From Candidatus Dormiibacterota bacterium (GTDB taxonomy: Bacteria > Chloroflexota > Limnocylindria > Limnocylindrales > CSP1-4): a stretch of DNA of 64,000 bases. Below are positions 9,899 through 19,600 of this stretch, piece after piece; positions within the stretch are counted from its first letter, which is position 1; each line of letters opens with the position of its first letter. The notes beneath the pieces are model-generated. The model made no database searches and was not told where the DNA came from. It saw nothing but the letters and a program-made list of their open reading frames with translations. The position numbers were made by a program, and so were the translations under genes. The DNA lies in assembly GCA_035631615.1 (NCBI GenBank), contig DASQIK010000066.1:15852-79851 (forward strand), given 5' to 3'.

Positions 9899-10444
9899 TC
9901 AGGTTGCGGCGCTCGGCGCCCCCTCGACCGCGAGCATGCTCACGGTGGCGGCCCAGGCAGCGGCCGGCTCATCGCCGGCGTCCAGGCGCGTCGCCAGCGC
10001 CGCGACGACACCGGCGAATGCCCCGTCCGGGTCGCGGCCCGGCGGGTCGAGGACGATGAGCTGTGGCGACCCCACCGCATCCAGGGCCGCCGCATCGACC
10101 GGACCGACGACGACCACGGTCGCGGCCGTGAACCCGGCCGCGGCCGCGGCGGTGGCGAGCAGGGGGCCGGCGGGCGCGACCAACACGATCGCGCGAACAT
10201 CGGGCAGATAGCGGAGGGCCAGCTCGAGGTCGGCGGGTTCGATTCCCGGCTCCGGCCCGGCTGCCGAGCGGGTGACGGTGGCGTGGCCGACGCCCGCGCT
10301 CGCGACCTGGAGGAGCTGCCGATCCCCTTCCGCCCCGCCCGACGCGGCGCCGACGACCTCCGTGCGCGCGCCCGTGGCGGCCGCTCGACGCGCGATCTCG
10401 AGGACCGCACCGCTGCCCGAGCCCAGGATCCCGACCACGATCAC
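9899..10444 (-). CDS. hypothetical protein (weak resemblance to the C-terminal part of PfkB-type kinases, motifs degenerate)
   Basis: 181-aa ORF with high third-position GC. PDGAFAGVVAALATRLDAG..AAWAATVSMLAVEGA recalls the GAGDxF...A region of ribokinase-like proteins but lacks the catalytic GAGD. Confidence 0.5.
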   Translation of the reverse strand: MIVVGILGSGSGAVLEIARRAAATGARTEVVGAASGGAEGDRQLLQVASAGVGHATVTRSAAGPEPGIEPADLELALRYLPDVRAIVLVAPAGPLLATAAAAAGFTAATVVVVGPVDAAALDAVGSPQLIVLDPPGRDPDGAFAGVVAALATRLDAGDEPAAAWAATVSMLAVEGAPSAAT

Positions 10445-10526
10445 GCGGGAAGCCTAGCCGACGGCGGTACGAACGGGTCGTGCACGCCCGCGGGCGAGTG
10501 GGCAGACTGGCGCCACGCGATCGTGC

Positions 10527-11306
10527 GTGTCGCGGGCCATGGGACGGGGTGCGCATTCGATGGGCGAATGGGGCGAGACGGCACTGACGTTCGATCGGTC
10601 GGGCGATGCCTGGGGAGCCGATTCTGCGGCGTTCGGGGACGAGACCGACCAGGGCGGCGGCGAGCAGTACATCGAGCTGATCGGCAGCCAGCTGTGGGTC
10701 GCCGGGATGGTCAACCTCGGCCGGTTCCGGCGCATCTCGGACTTCGTGAACATCGTCCAGGGCTACCTCGTGATACGCGACGTGGTCGTGCTGACGCGCA
10801 CCGGCGAGGCCACCCGGCTCACGCTGCCGGAGCTGCGCGTGCTCCCGGACGACATCGCGGTCGTCGGCCAGCTCGGCGACGACAAGCCCCACCAGTCGTC
10901 CGACACGAACACCTACATCGAGAAGACGGCGCAGCGGCTCGTCGTGCTGACCCGCTCCCACATCATCGACGGCGACGTGTTCATCCACGGCGACGGCTCG
11001 ATCATGTCGTTCGTCGACGCCACCGATCCCAGGTTCATCCCGATGTCCGACGTGCGCGTGCGCTGGGTCACGGACCGCAAGCTGGCGGCGCGCTACCCGT
11101 TCGCGCTGCTCCAGCGGGCCCAGATCCTCGGCGTCGCGACGGAGGGCATCAAGCTCGGCGGCGCCGAGACGACCGCGCGCCGCGTGGAGATGCTCAAGGC
11201 CCAGGTGAGGGCGACTGCGACGGGCAGCGATGCCCTGGACATCGATCTGGGACCGGCGATGGACCAGGCGGGCGCGCCGAGCACTGGCGCCGCGGACGAG
11301 ATCTAG
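10527..11306 (+). CDS. hypothetical protein with apparent internal duplication
   Basis: 259-aa ORF of non-biased composition. Two similar segments: RRISDFVNIVQGYLVIRDVVV and GSIMSFVDATDPRFIPMSDVRV. Start could also be the ATG encoding MGEWGET. Confidence 0.65.
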   Translation: MSRAMGRGAHSMGEWGETALTFDRSGDAWGADSAAFGDETDQGGGEQYIELIGSQLWVAGMVNLGRFRRISDFVNIVQGYLVIRDVVVLTRTGEATRLTLPELRVLPDDIAVVGQLGDDKPHQSSDTNTYIEKTAQRLVVLTRSHIIDGDVFIHGDGSIMSFVDATDPRFIPMSDVRVRWVTDRKLAARYPFALLQRAQILGVATEGIKLGGAETTARRVEMLKAQVRATATGSDALDIDLGPAMDQAGAPSTGAADEI

Positions 11307-12100
11307 CCTCCGTCCGACGTCGAGCTCGGCTTCGGGGTCTCCGTTGGCCGCGGCGTCGGGGACGGCTGAGGGGTGCTCGAGCCGCCGCGGTCGTCGCCCC
11401 CGCCGCCCGTCGGGGATGCCGTGGCGCTGCCGGCGCCGCTGATGCCGCTGGCGCTGCCATCGTCTCCCCCGCCGCCGCCACCGATGCTTCCCGCTCCGGA
11501 GCTGCTGCCACCGTGGTCATCGGACGGCTGGGCGCCGCCGCCGTGGTCGTCCGTCGCATCCGGGCCACTCGATGGGTCGTTGGACGCCTCCGGACCTGGT
11601 GGCTCGGACTCGGCCGACGGTCGGTAGCTGGGCTCGGGTGAGGTCATCTGCGCCGGCAGGGTCGGGGTTGGCTGCGCTTGGTGCGGGCCGATGATTCCCA
11701 ACGCGCCGGCGACCGTGATCGTCGCGGCGCCAGCAAGCGAGGTGCCGGCGATGGCGATCGCGAGGACGTACGCGAGGGCAGCTCCTCGCGCGAGCCTCGG
11801 CCGGCCGGGAGCGCCGATCGACGCCCAGGCCTGCTTCACGCTGGCACCGAAGCCGGCGATGACGCCGCGACGGCGCAGCGGCGCAAGGAACCCCGTCGGT
11901 GCTGGGACCGGCTCGTCGGCGAGAGCCGCCATGACGCGATCGGAGAACAGGGCGCCCGGCGCGATCACCGTGTCGTCGATCGCTGCCTCGATGCGGCGGG
12001 CGCTCGCAAGCGCGTCGGCCAGGTCGGCCGCGTCGGTGGTCCCGAGCTCGGCGGCATCGACCGTGCGCGGTCCGTTGGGGCGCATGGTCGGCTCGCTCAT
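11303..12100 (-). CDS. putative anti-sigma factor (single-pass membrane protein with acidic Gly/Ser/Asp-rich tail)
   Basis: 4-nt overlap with the upstream ECF sigma gene. One TM (LAYVLAIAIAGTSLAGAATITVAGALGII). Low-complexity extracytoplasmic tail with DDHGG x2. Confidence 0.65.
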   Translation of the reverse strand: MSEPTMRPNGPRTVDAAELGTTDAADLADALASARRIEAAIDDTVIAPGALFSDRVMAALADEPVPAPTGFLAPLRRRGVIAGFGASVKQAWASIGAPGRPRLARGAALAYVLAIAIAGTSLAGAATITVAGALGIIGPHQAQPTPTLPAQMTSPEPSYRPSAESEPPGPEASNDPSSGPDATDDHGGGAQPSDDHGGSSSGAGSIGGGGGGDDGSASGISGAGSATASPTGGGGDDRGGSSTPQPSPTPRPTETPKPSSTSDGG

Positions 12101-12747
12101 GCCAGACCCCCCGGCTCGACCTGGTCGCGCAGGCGAATGAGCCCCCGCCGGAGGTGCGTCTTGACCGTTCCGAGCGGTCGACCGGTGAGCACCGCGATCT
12201 CCTCGAGCGAGCGCTCGGCGAAGAACCGCAGGGTGACGACCTCGCGGTACGGCTCGTCCAGGGCCGCGACCGCGCGTCGCGTCGCCTTGGCGTGCTCGGC
12301 ACGAATGGCCGCGAGCTCGGGCTGATGGCGCGGATTCGCCGGCAGACGAGCCACCGTGTCGTCGGCGGTGTCATCGCCCGCGGTGGTCCGAAGCCAGCCC
12401 ACCGCCCGCTGGCGGCCGAGCTGGCGGATCGCGAGCCGGACAGCGATTCGAGTCAGCCACGCCCCGAACGGTCCGTCGCCCCGCCAGCTGGCGAGGGATC
12501 GGTACGCGCTCACGAATGCCTCCTGGGCGACGTCTTCGGCCTCGTGCATGTCTGCGAGGATCCGGTAGCACGCCCGAACGACTGCTGCCGACTCGCGATC
12601 GACGAGGATCCGGAATGCGTCCCGATCGCCATCGAGCACGGCACGAACCACCTGCGCTTCATCGAGCTCGGAGGGTTGTCGCGCGTCGATGGATGGCCTC
12701 CGTGGCGAGGCGCCGGCCGAAGGATCGGCCGGCCTCATCGCCATCAT
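12097..12747 (-). CDS. ECF (group 4) RNA polymerase sigma-70 factor
   Basis: Frame of ORF 12097..13041 trimmed to the ATG cluster at 12738-12747. Region 2 DVAQEAFVSAY..GAWLTRIA, region 4 EVVTLRFFAERSLEEIAVLTGRPLGTVKTHLRRG. Confidence 0.85.
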   Translation of the reverse strand: MMAMRPADPSAGASPRRPSIDARQPSELDEAQVVRAVLDGDRDAFRILVDRESAAVVRACYRILADMHEAEDVAQEAFVSAYRSLASWRGDGPFGAWLTRIAVRLAIRQLGRQRAVGWLRTTAGDDTADDTVARLPANPRHQPELAAIRAEHAKATRRAVAALDEPYREVVTLRFFAERSLEEIAVLTGRPLGTVKTHLRRGLIRLRDQVEPGGLA

Positions 12748-12823
12748 GTGAGGCCACTTGGCGTTCCATCGCCGTGCAGAGGTCACGTTCGCGGTGGGCC
12801 AATCGGCTCGACTGCACCAACGG

Positions 12824-13333
12824 CTAGTTCGAACCGCCGCCGGAGCCTGCGTTCCCGCCCGAGCCACCGTCGCCGGAGCCCGATCCGGCGCCGCTGCCTG
12901 AGCCGGAGGTGGTGCCACTTCCGTCGCCGCTGTGGTCGTCGGTCGCCTGGGGGGCCGAGCGGTCGCTGCCGTTGGCGTCAGTCGCCTCGGGTCCGTTGTT
13001 GCCGTTGTCGTCGGTGACGTCCTCGGTGCCGCCCTCATCACCCTGGGCGTTGTCGCCGCCGTGGTCGTCGCTCGCCTTGGGGCTCTCGGTCTCCTGCGGT
13101 CCGGCCGTCTCCGCGGGCTGCGCCGTCTCGCTGGGCTCGGCCGTCTCGGTGGGCTCGGCCGTCTCCGTTGGCTCCGCGCTGGAGCCCGTCTCGCTGTTCA
13201 GGGTCGTCGTCGATCCGGCCGGCCGGGCGGGGCCCAGGACCGCGTTGCCGGCAAACACCGCCGTGGCGACGAGGAACAGTGCGACGACCGCAACGAGCAC
13301 GGGCCGCATCTTCTCGAACAGTCGCGTGATCAT
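12824..13333 (-). CDS. signal-anchored acidic low-complexity protein (PTET repeats, DDH(G/S)G motifs)
   Basis: N-terminal hydrophobic segment VLVAVVALFLVATAVFAG, then AEPTETAEPTETAEPSETAQPAETA and a Gly/Ser/Asp tail. Sits directly upstream of the ECF sigma gene on the same strand. Confidence 0.6.
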   Translation of the reverse strand: MITRLFEKMRPVLVAVVALFLVATAVFAGNAVLGPARPAGSTTTLNSETGSSAEPTETAEPTETAEPSETAQPAETAGPQETESPKASDDHGGDNAQGDEGGTEDVTDDNGNNGPEATDANGSDRSAPQATDDHSGDGSGTTSGSGSGAGSGSGDGGSGGNAGSGGGSN

Positions 13334-13410
13334 CTGGGACTCGCCCCTCCTTCGGTGCCGGTCACACGACCGGATGCTGCCTACCTGAGGCGAGGGCGTT
13401 CGAGAAAGTT

Positions 13411-14811
13411 TCAGGCGCTCTGGCCGGGCAGCTCCTCGCGCTCGACCGTAACGGGACCGATGTCCGCGGCCTCGAGGCCCGGCAGGATCGCATCGGCGTC
13501 GCCGACGAGGACGATGGCGAGCCTGTCGGGCTGGATGTGCTGCTCGGCGGCCGCGTGGATCGCCTCGGCGGTCACCGCATCGATGGCGGACCGGTAGCGG
13601 TCGAGCTCGTCCATCGGCAGGTCCTGGATGATCAGCCCGGCGAGCGCGCCGACCACCGCCGGCGGCGTCTCGAACCGGAGTGGGAAGACGCCGACGAGGT
13701 AGTCACGGGCGGCGTGGAGCTCGTCGCGCGTCGGCGGCGATGACCGCATCGCCTCGAGCTCGACGATGATCTCCTGCACGGCGGGGACGGTCACGTCGGT
13801 GTTGACCGCGCAGCGCGCGGCGAACGGCCCCGCGCCCCGACGCATGTCAAAGCCCGCACCGGCGCCGTACGTGTAGCCCTTCTCCTCGCGCAGCTTGCGG
13901 TTGAGGCGGGAGTTGAACAGCCCACCCAGGATCGCGCTCATCACCGACACGGCGTGGAAGTCCGGGATCTTGCGCGGCACGCCGACGTGGCCGACGCGGA
14001 CCTCGGTCTGCACCGAGCCGGGTCGGTGGAAGAGCCGGACGATCCGCTGCTCTCGCGCGCTCCTGACGTGCGGCGTCGTGGCGGCCTCGGCCGCGGGGTT
14101 GCGCGCCCATGCCCCGAAGCGAGATTCGGCGATGGACCGGATGTCGCCGCCGATGCCCTCGAGGTCGCCACCGACGATCAGGGTCATCTGCGCGGGGTCG
14201 AACCGGCGGGCATGGAGCGCGACGCACGCCGCAGTGTCCAGCCCGGCGACCGTCGCCTCCGTGCCACCGGACGGCCGCCCGTAGGGCGACGATGCCGAAT
14301 AGATCGTGTTCACGAAGCCGTCGTCGGCGCGCCGCCGCGGGTCGGCCCTGGCCTGGAGCAGGTCGTTCAGGCGCTCGTCGCGCAACCGGTCGACATCGGC
14401 CGCGGGGAACGTCGGCTCCATCGCGACCTCGGCGGCCAGCGCGAGCGCGGCGCTGAGGCGCTCGCCCGGGACCTCGACGCTGACCGACGTTCCGTCCCAG
14501 CCCGCCTCGGCGTGGAGCGACGCGCCGAGCCGCTCGCCGGCCTCGGTCAGGCCGATCGCATCGTGCTGCCTGGTGCCTTCCGTGAGCGCGCGCGCCATGA
14601 GCGACGTGACGCCGCCCTGCTCGCTCGGCTCGTCGACGGCGCCGCTCGGCAGCACCAGCGACGCCGTGACCAGCTCGCGCCCGGGCAGGTGGACCGAGAT
14701 CAGGCCGAGCCCGTTCGAGAGCTCGGTCCGCTCGAAGCGCGGGAAGTGGTACCGGGCGGGCTCGCCGTGGGTCGGTCGGTCGCCGACGACGATGGGGCGC
14801 TCGACGGTCAT
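13411..14811 (-). CDS. M16-family (pitrilysin/insulinase-like) peptidase, likely non-catalytic partner
   Basis: 466 aa with two-domain M16 architecture. No HxxEH motif seen. Sits 8 nt downstream of the HxxEH-containing paralogue. Confidence 0.8.
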   Translation of the reverse strand: MTVERPIVVGDRPTHGEPARYHFPRFERTELSNGLGLISVHLPGRELVTASLVLPSGAVDEPSEQGGVTSLMARALTEGTRQHDAIGLTEAGERLGASLHAEAGWDGTSVSVEVPGERLSAALALAAEVAMEPTFPAADVDRLRDERLNDLLQARADPRRRADDGFVNTIYSASSPYGRPSGGTEATVAGLDTAACVALHARRFDPAQMTLIVGGDLEGIGGDIRSIAESRFGAWARNPAAEAATTPHVRSAREQRIVRLFHRPGSVQTEVRVGHVGVPRKIPDFHAVSVMSAILGGLFNSRLNRKLREEKGYTYGAGAGFDMRRGAGPFAARCAVNTDVTVPAVQEIIVELEAMRSSPPTRDELHAARDYLVGVFPLRFETPPAVVGALAGLIIQDLPMDELDRYRSAIDAVTAEAIHAAAEQHIQPDRLAIVLVGDADAILPGLEAADIGPVTVEREELPGQSA

Positions 14812-14818
14812 CGATCGA

Positions 14819-16123
14819 TCAGTCGGCGGCCGGCGTCGTGTCGACGGTCGAGACCGGCACGTACGTCAGGACGAGCCGGTTGTCCGGGACGAACACGTCT
14901 CGACATACCGCCTGGATCTGCTCGGCCGTGGTCGACAGGTAGCGCGGCAGGATGCTGTTGATCATGCCCGGGTCGTCGAACAGGGTTGCATACATCGACA
15001 GCCGGTCGGCCTTCTCCGCGACCTGCTGGAGCGCACCGAGCTCGTCGGCCTCGGTCAGCGCCTTTGCGCGCGCGAGCTCGTCCTCGGAGACGGGCTCGCG
15101 GGTCATCTTCTGGAGCTCCTCCCAGAACGCGGTCTCGAGCTCGACCAGGTCGACGCCGGGCCGCGCGGTCGCCATGCCCGCCGTCACCGAGGCACCCGCG
15201 ACCAGGCCCATCGAGAAGAACGCCACGTCCTGGGCAAGCTGCTCGTCGCGGACGAGCCGGCGATGCAGGCGCGAGCCCTTGCCGCCCGCGAGGATCTGGC
15301 CGGCGAGGTCGAGCGCGTCGAGTCGGGGATCCCCGAAGATCGGGCCACGGAAGCCCCAGTGGATTCGCGGCAGCGGCACGCGGTCCGGGACCACTTCGCG
15401 AATCTCGCCCCCGAGCGTCGGCGGGAGCGACATGTCCGGGAGCGCGACGGGCAGGTTCGGGTTGGCGGGGATGGCGCCGAAGTACTTCTCCACCCACGCC
15501 GTCACCTGCTTCGGATCGACGTCGCCGACGATCGACAGGACGGCGTTGTTCGGCGCGTAGTGGAGCCGGAAGAACGCCCTGACGTCGTCGAGCGACGCCG
15601 CGTCGAGGTCTTCCATCGAGCCGATCGTGCTGTGGTGGTAGGGATGGCCCTCCGGGAAGATCGCCGCGAGCAGCTTCTCGGTCCATGAGCCGTACGGCCG
15701 GTTGTCGTACGACCAGCGCTTCTCGTTCTTGACGACCTCGCGCTGGTTGTCGAGGTTGTCCTGGCTCAGGGCATCGAGCAGGGTGCCCATCCGGTCGGCC
15801 TCGAGCCACAGCGCGATCTCGACCTGGTGGGACGGCATCGTCTCGAAGTAGTTCGTCCGCTCGAGCCAGGTGGTGCCGTTGAGCGTTCCGCCCGCGGCTT
15901 GGATGAGGGCCATGTGCTCGGTCTTGCCGACGTGCGCCGAGCCCTGGAACATCACGTGCTCGAACAGGTGTGCGAAGCCGGTCTTGCCGGGCTGCTCGTG
16001 CTTCGAGCCGACGCCGTACCAGACGTTCACCGCCACGACGGGCGCGAGGTGGTCCTCGGAGATGATCAGCCGGAGTCCGTTCGCGAGGCGTGTCTCGGTA
16101 AAGCCGACGGTGGGAACGGGCAC
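14819..16123 (-). CDS. M16-family zinc peptidase (catalytic subunit)
   Basis: Inverted zinc motif HLFEHVMFQGS with downstream LNGTTWLERTNY, typical of M16B peptidases. Confidence 0.85.
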   Translation of the reverse strand: MPVPTVGFTETRLANGLRLIISEDHLAPVVAVNVWYGVGSKHEQPGKTGFAHLFEHVMFQGSAHVGKTEHMALIQAAGGTLNGTTWLERTNYFETMPSHQVEIALWLEADRMGTLLDALSQDNLDNQREVVKNEKRWSYDNRPYGSWTEKLLAAIFPEGHPYHHSTIGSMEDLDAASLDDVRAFFRLHYAPNNAVLSIVGDVDPKQVTAWVEKYFGAIPANPNLPVALPDMSLPPTLGGEIREVVPDRVPLPRIHWGFRGPIFGDPRLDALDLAGQILAGGKGSRLHRRLVRDEQLAQDVAFFSMGLVAGASVTAGMATARPGVDLVELETAFWEELQKMTREPVSEDELARAKALTEADELGALQQVAEKADRLSMYATLFDDPGMINSILPRYLSTTAEQIQAVCRDVFVPDNRLVLTYVPVSTVDTTPAAD

Positions 16124-16146
16124 CCGAGGATGCTAGCGCAGCGCGG

Positions 16147-16557
16147 TCAGACGGGGATGGCGGCGACCGCGAGGGTCACGACGAGGCCGATCAGGACGCC
16201 CTCGAGGATCACGTGCAACGCGCGGCGTCGGTCGGCGGCGCGAATCGACGGGTCCACGTGCTGCTCCTGCCCGAGCCGCCCGAAGTTCTCGAGCCCAAGC
16301 GCCCCGAACGCGACGCAGAACCGGTGCACGACCTGCAGCCCGGCCACCGCGGCGCCCGCCGCAACCGGCCAGAGGAGGAGACGGGCAGGCGCTGGCAGGT
16401 GGAAGGCGACCATGGCCGCGGCGATCGCGGCGGTCGCAACCACTCCGACGTAGGCCGACCGGCGCCGCCGCGCGATCTCGTCGGGTCCGATGTTGCAGCG
16501 CGGTCCGATCGATCGATCGAGGGTCACGCCCGGAGCATACGTCGCGAGTCGCCGCAT
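16147..16557 (-). CDS. hypothetical membrane protein
   Basis: 136 aa with about 3 hydrophobic helices (VGVVATAAIAAAMVAF, LLLWPVAAGAAVAGL, VLIGLVVTLAVAAI). Start uncertain. Confidence 0.5.
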   Translation of the reverse strand: MRRLATYAPGVTLDRSIGPRCNIGPDEIARRRRSAYVGVVATAAIAAAMVAFHLPAPARLLLWPVAAGAAVAGLQVVHRFCVAFGALGLENFGRLGQEQHVDPSIRAADRRRALHVILEGVLIGLVVTLAVAAIPV

Positions 16558-16659
16558 CGGATCGCAGCCATCGTCTCCTCCCGGTTCGACACTCAGCCCT
16601 TCGCGGCGCCGGGCACCGGCGGCGAGGTCGATTGCGGGGCAGTCGCGCGGGCAACCTGG

Positions 16660-19600
16660 CTACGTCCCGTGCTGGCGCGCGCCGACCTCGCTCGAGCGAT
16701 CGACGCGTGGACCCGGAACCCATTCCGCCAGCGACCGGACGTCGCTGATGCGATCGACGACGGCCGGGTCGAGGGCCTCGGCGGCGGCGATCGCGGTCTC
16801 GATCGCGGTGAGGCACAGGACGCCCTCGGCAATCGCCGCGTGGCGGATCTCGGCGGCGTCGCGGACCGGGCCCGACCGCGGCGTGGGCGTGTTCACGACG
16901 AGCCGGACGCGACCCGATTCGATGCGGCCGATCATGTCCGGGATGCCAGCGGCCTCCGATTCGGCGGAGGCAAGCCTCGCGACCGGCTCCGAGGCATAGC
17001 CCAGGGCTGCCAGCGTCGCGCGCGTGCCCTCCGTCGCCGCGATCGCGTAGCCGGCGGTGTCGAGCGCGGCGGCGAGTCGCGGGAGCAGTGGCTTGTCACG
17101 ATCCGCGATCGAGACGAGCGCGATCGGCCTCGGGTCGTCCGGGCCGAGCCGCGGGCGCGGCGGCAGCAGCGAGGCGCCACGCAGCGCCTTTGCCAGCGCC
17201 ACTCGAGGATCGCCGTTGATTCCGATGACCTCGCCGGTCGACTGCATGAACGGCCCGACGGACGGATCGACGCCCTTCAGCTTCGCCGTCGAGAAGGCCG
17301 GCGCCTTCACCGCCACGAACTGCGGCGGCGCGAGCAGCCCGTCCGGCCAGCCGAGGTTCGCGAGGTTGTCGCCGAGCGCGATGCGGACCGCCAGGTCGAC
17401 CATCGGCACGCCGGTGACCTTGGACATGAACGGCACCGTGCGCGAGGCGCGCGGATTGACTTCGATCAGGTAGATGCCGTCCTCGCGGACGATGAACTGC
17501 GCGTTGACGAGGCCGCGAGCGCCGAGCGCAAGGACGACCCGGCGCATCGTGGCGACGATCAGCTCCTGGTCGACCGCGCTGACGGTCTGGGGCGGGAACA
17601 TGCCGACCGAGTCGCCCGAGTGCACGCCCGCGCGCTCGACGTGCTCCAGCAGGCCGGGGATGAGCACGCGATCGCCGTCGGCGACGGCATCGACGTCGAC
17701 CTCGACGCCCTCCAGGTAGCGATCGATCCGGACCGGACGATCCGGGTCGACGACCGTCGCGGCGGCGAGCTGCCGAACGAGGTCCTCGGGCGAGTAGCAG
17801 AAGTCGATCGCGAGGCCGCCGATCACGAACGACGGCCGGACGATGACCGGGTAGCCGATCCGGTCGGCAAGGGTCAGGGCCTCCTCGATGGACCGTGCCA
17901 TGCCGCCTTCCGGCTGCGGGATGCCGAGCCGGTCCAGAAGCGCCGAGAAGCGGGTCCGCTCCTCCGCCTGGTCGATCGCCTCGAGGTCCGAGCCCAGCAG
18001 CTCGACGCCTGCTGCGGCGAGCGGCGCCGCCAGGTTGAGCGGCGTCTGCCCGCCGTACGCAACCATGGCCGGGAGCGACTCCGGGCCCTCTGCGCCGATC
18101 AGGCTCTCGACGCTCTCCTCGTCCAGCGGCTCGAAGTACAGGCGGGTCGATGCGTCGAAGTCGGTCGAGACGGTCTCCGGGTTCGAGTTGACCATGACCG
18201 CCGACCAGCCGAGGTCGCGCAGGGTGCCCGCCGCCTTCACGGCGCAGTAGTCGAACTCGATCCCCTGGCCGATCCGGACCGGCCCGCTGCCGATGACGAG
18301 CGCCGCCGGCCGCGGGACGGGCGGCGCCTCGGGCGCCGAGCCGGCGGCCGCGTAGGTCGCGTAGAAGTACGGCGTCTCCGCGGCGAACTCCGCGGCGCAC
18401 GTGTCGACCATCGCGTACCCCGGGCGCAGCCCGAGCACAAGGCGCGCATCGCGCACGGCGCGTGCCGGCACGGAAGCGAGAGTCGCGATGTCCTCGTCGC
18501 CGAACCCGAACCGCTTCGCGGTCGCGAGCAGCGCGGCGGCGTCCGGATCCGGCAAAGCGCCCGCGCGACCCGCCCCGACGAGGCGCTCGCCCATCCCCCG
18601 GATCTCAGCCTCGAGCGCCACGTTGCGACCCATCTCCGCGAGGAACCACGGCGCGATGCCGGTCGCGACCTGGATCGCCTCCTCGGGCACGCCGCGCCGG
18701 AGCAGCGCCAGCACCCGCCACAGTCGCGAATCCGACGGGAGCACGAACCGCCGGAGCACGATCGGTGCCGCGGAGCGCTGCGCGAACCGCGTCGATTCGC
18801 ATGCCTCGCCGGCGTCGTCGAAGTACCGGATCGGCGCGTCATCCTCGGGATCGCCGGCCAGGACCGCGGCGAGGTAATCGAGCGTCGGCGCCCACGCCGC
18901 GTCCTCGGCGAGCGGTCCGGCGCCCGCCTGCTCGAGCCCGCGCAGCGCCTTGTTCAGTGCCGCGCCAAAGGTTCGGTCGATGGCCATCACCTCGCCGGTG
19001 GCCTTCATCTGGCTGCCGAGGCTCCGATCGGCACCGGGGAACTTGTCGAACGGGAAGCGCGGCAGCTTGACGACGACGTAGTCGAGCGCCGGCTCGAACG
19101 CCGCCACGGTGGTGCCCGTGATCACGTTCGGGATCTCGGCGAGGCGCCGCCCGATCGCGATCTGCGCCGCGACCCGGGCGATCGGGTAGCCGGTCGCCTT
19201 CGAGGCAAGCGCCGACGAGCGAGAGACGCGCGGGTTGACCTCGATGACCGCGTACTCGGTCGAGTCCGGCGACAGCGCGAACTGGACGTTGCAGCCGCCC
19301 TCGACGCCCAGCGCCCGGATGATCGCCAGCGCCGCGCTCCGGAGGCGCTGGTGGACCTGGTCCGGGAGTGTCTGGACCGGCGCGACGACGATCGAGTCGC
19401 CGGTGTGGACGCCGAGCGGGTCGACGTTCTCCATGGAGCACACGGCGATGCACGTGTCGTCGGCGTCGCGCATGACCTCGTACTCGATCTCCTGCCAGCC
19501 GACGAGGCAGCGCTCGACCATGACCTGGCCGATGGGGCTGGCGCGCAGGCCGGCGCGGATCCGCTCGCGATACGCCTCCTCGGTCTCCACGATCCCGCCG

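Noticed and set aside
9899-10444. Calling this ORF a sugar kinase (PfkB)
   Set aside because: Only a vague resemblance to the C-terminal PfkB region exists. The protein is about half the normal length and the catalytic GAGD motif is absent. It is left as hypothetical.
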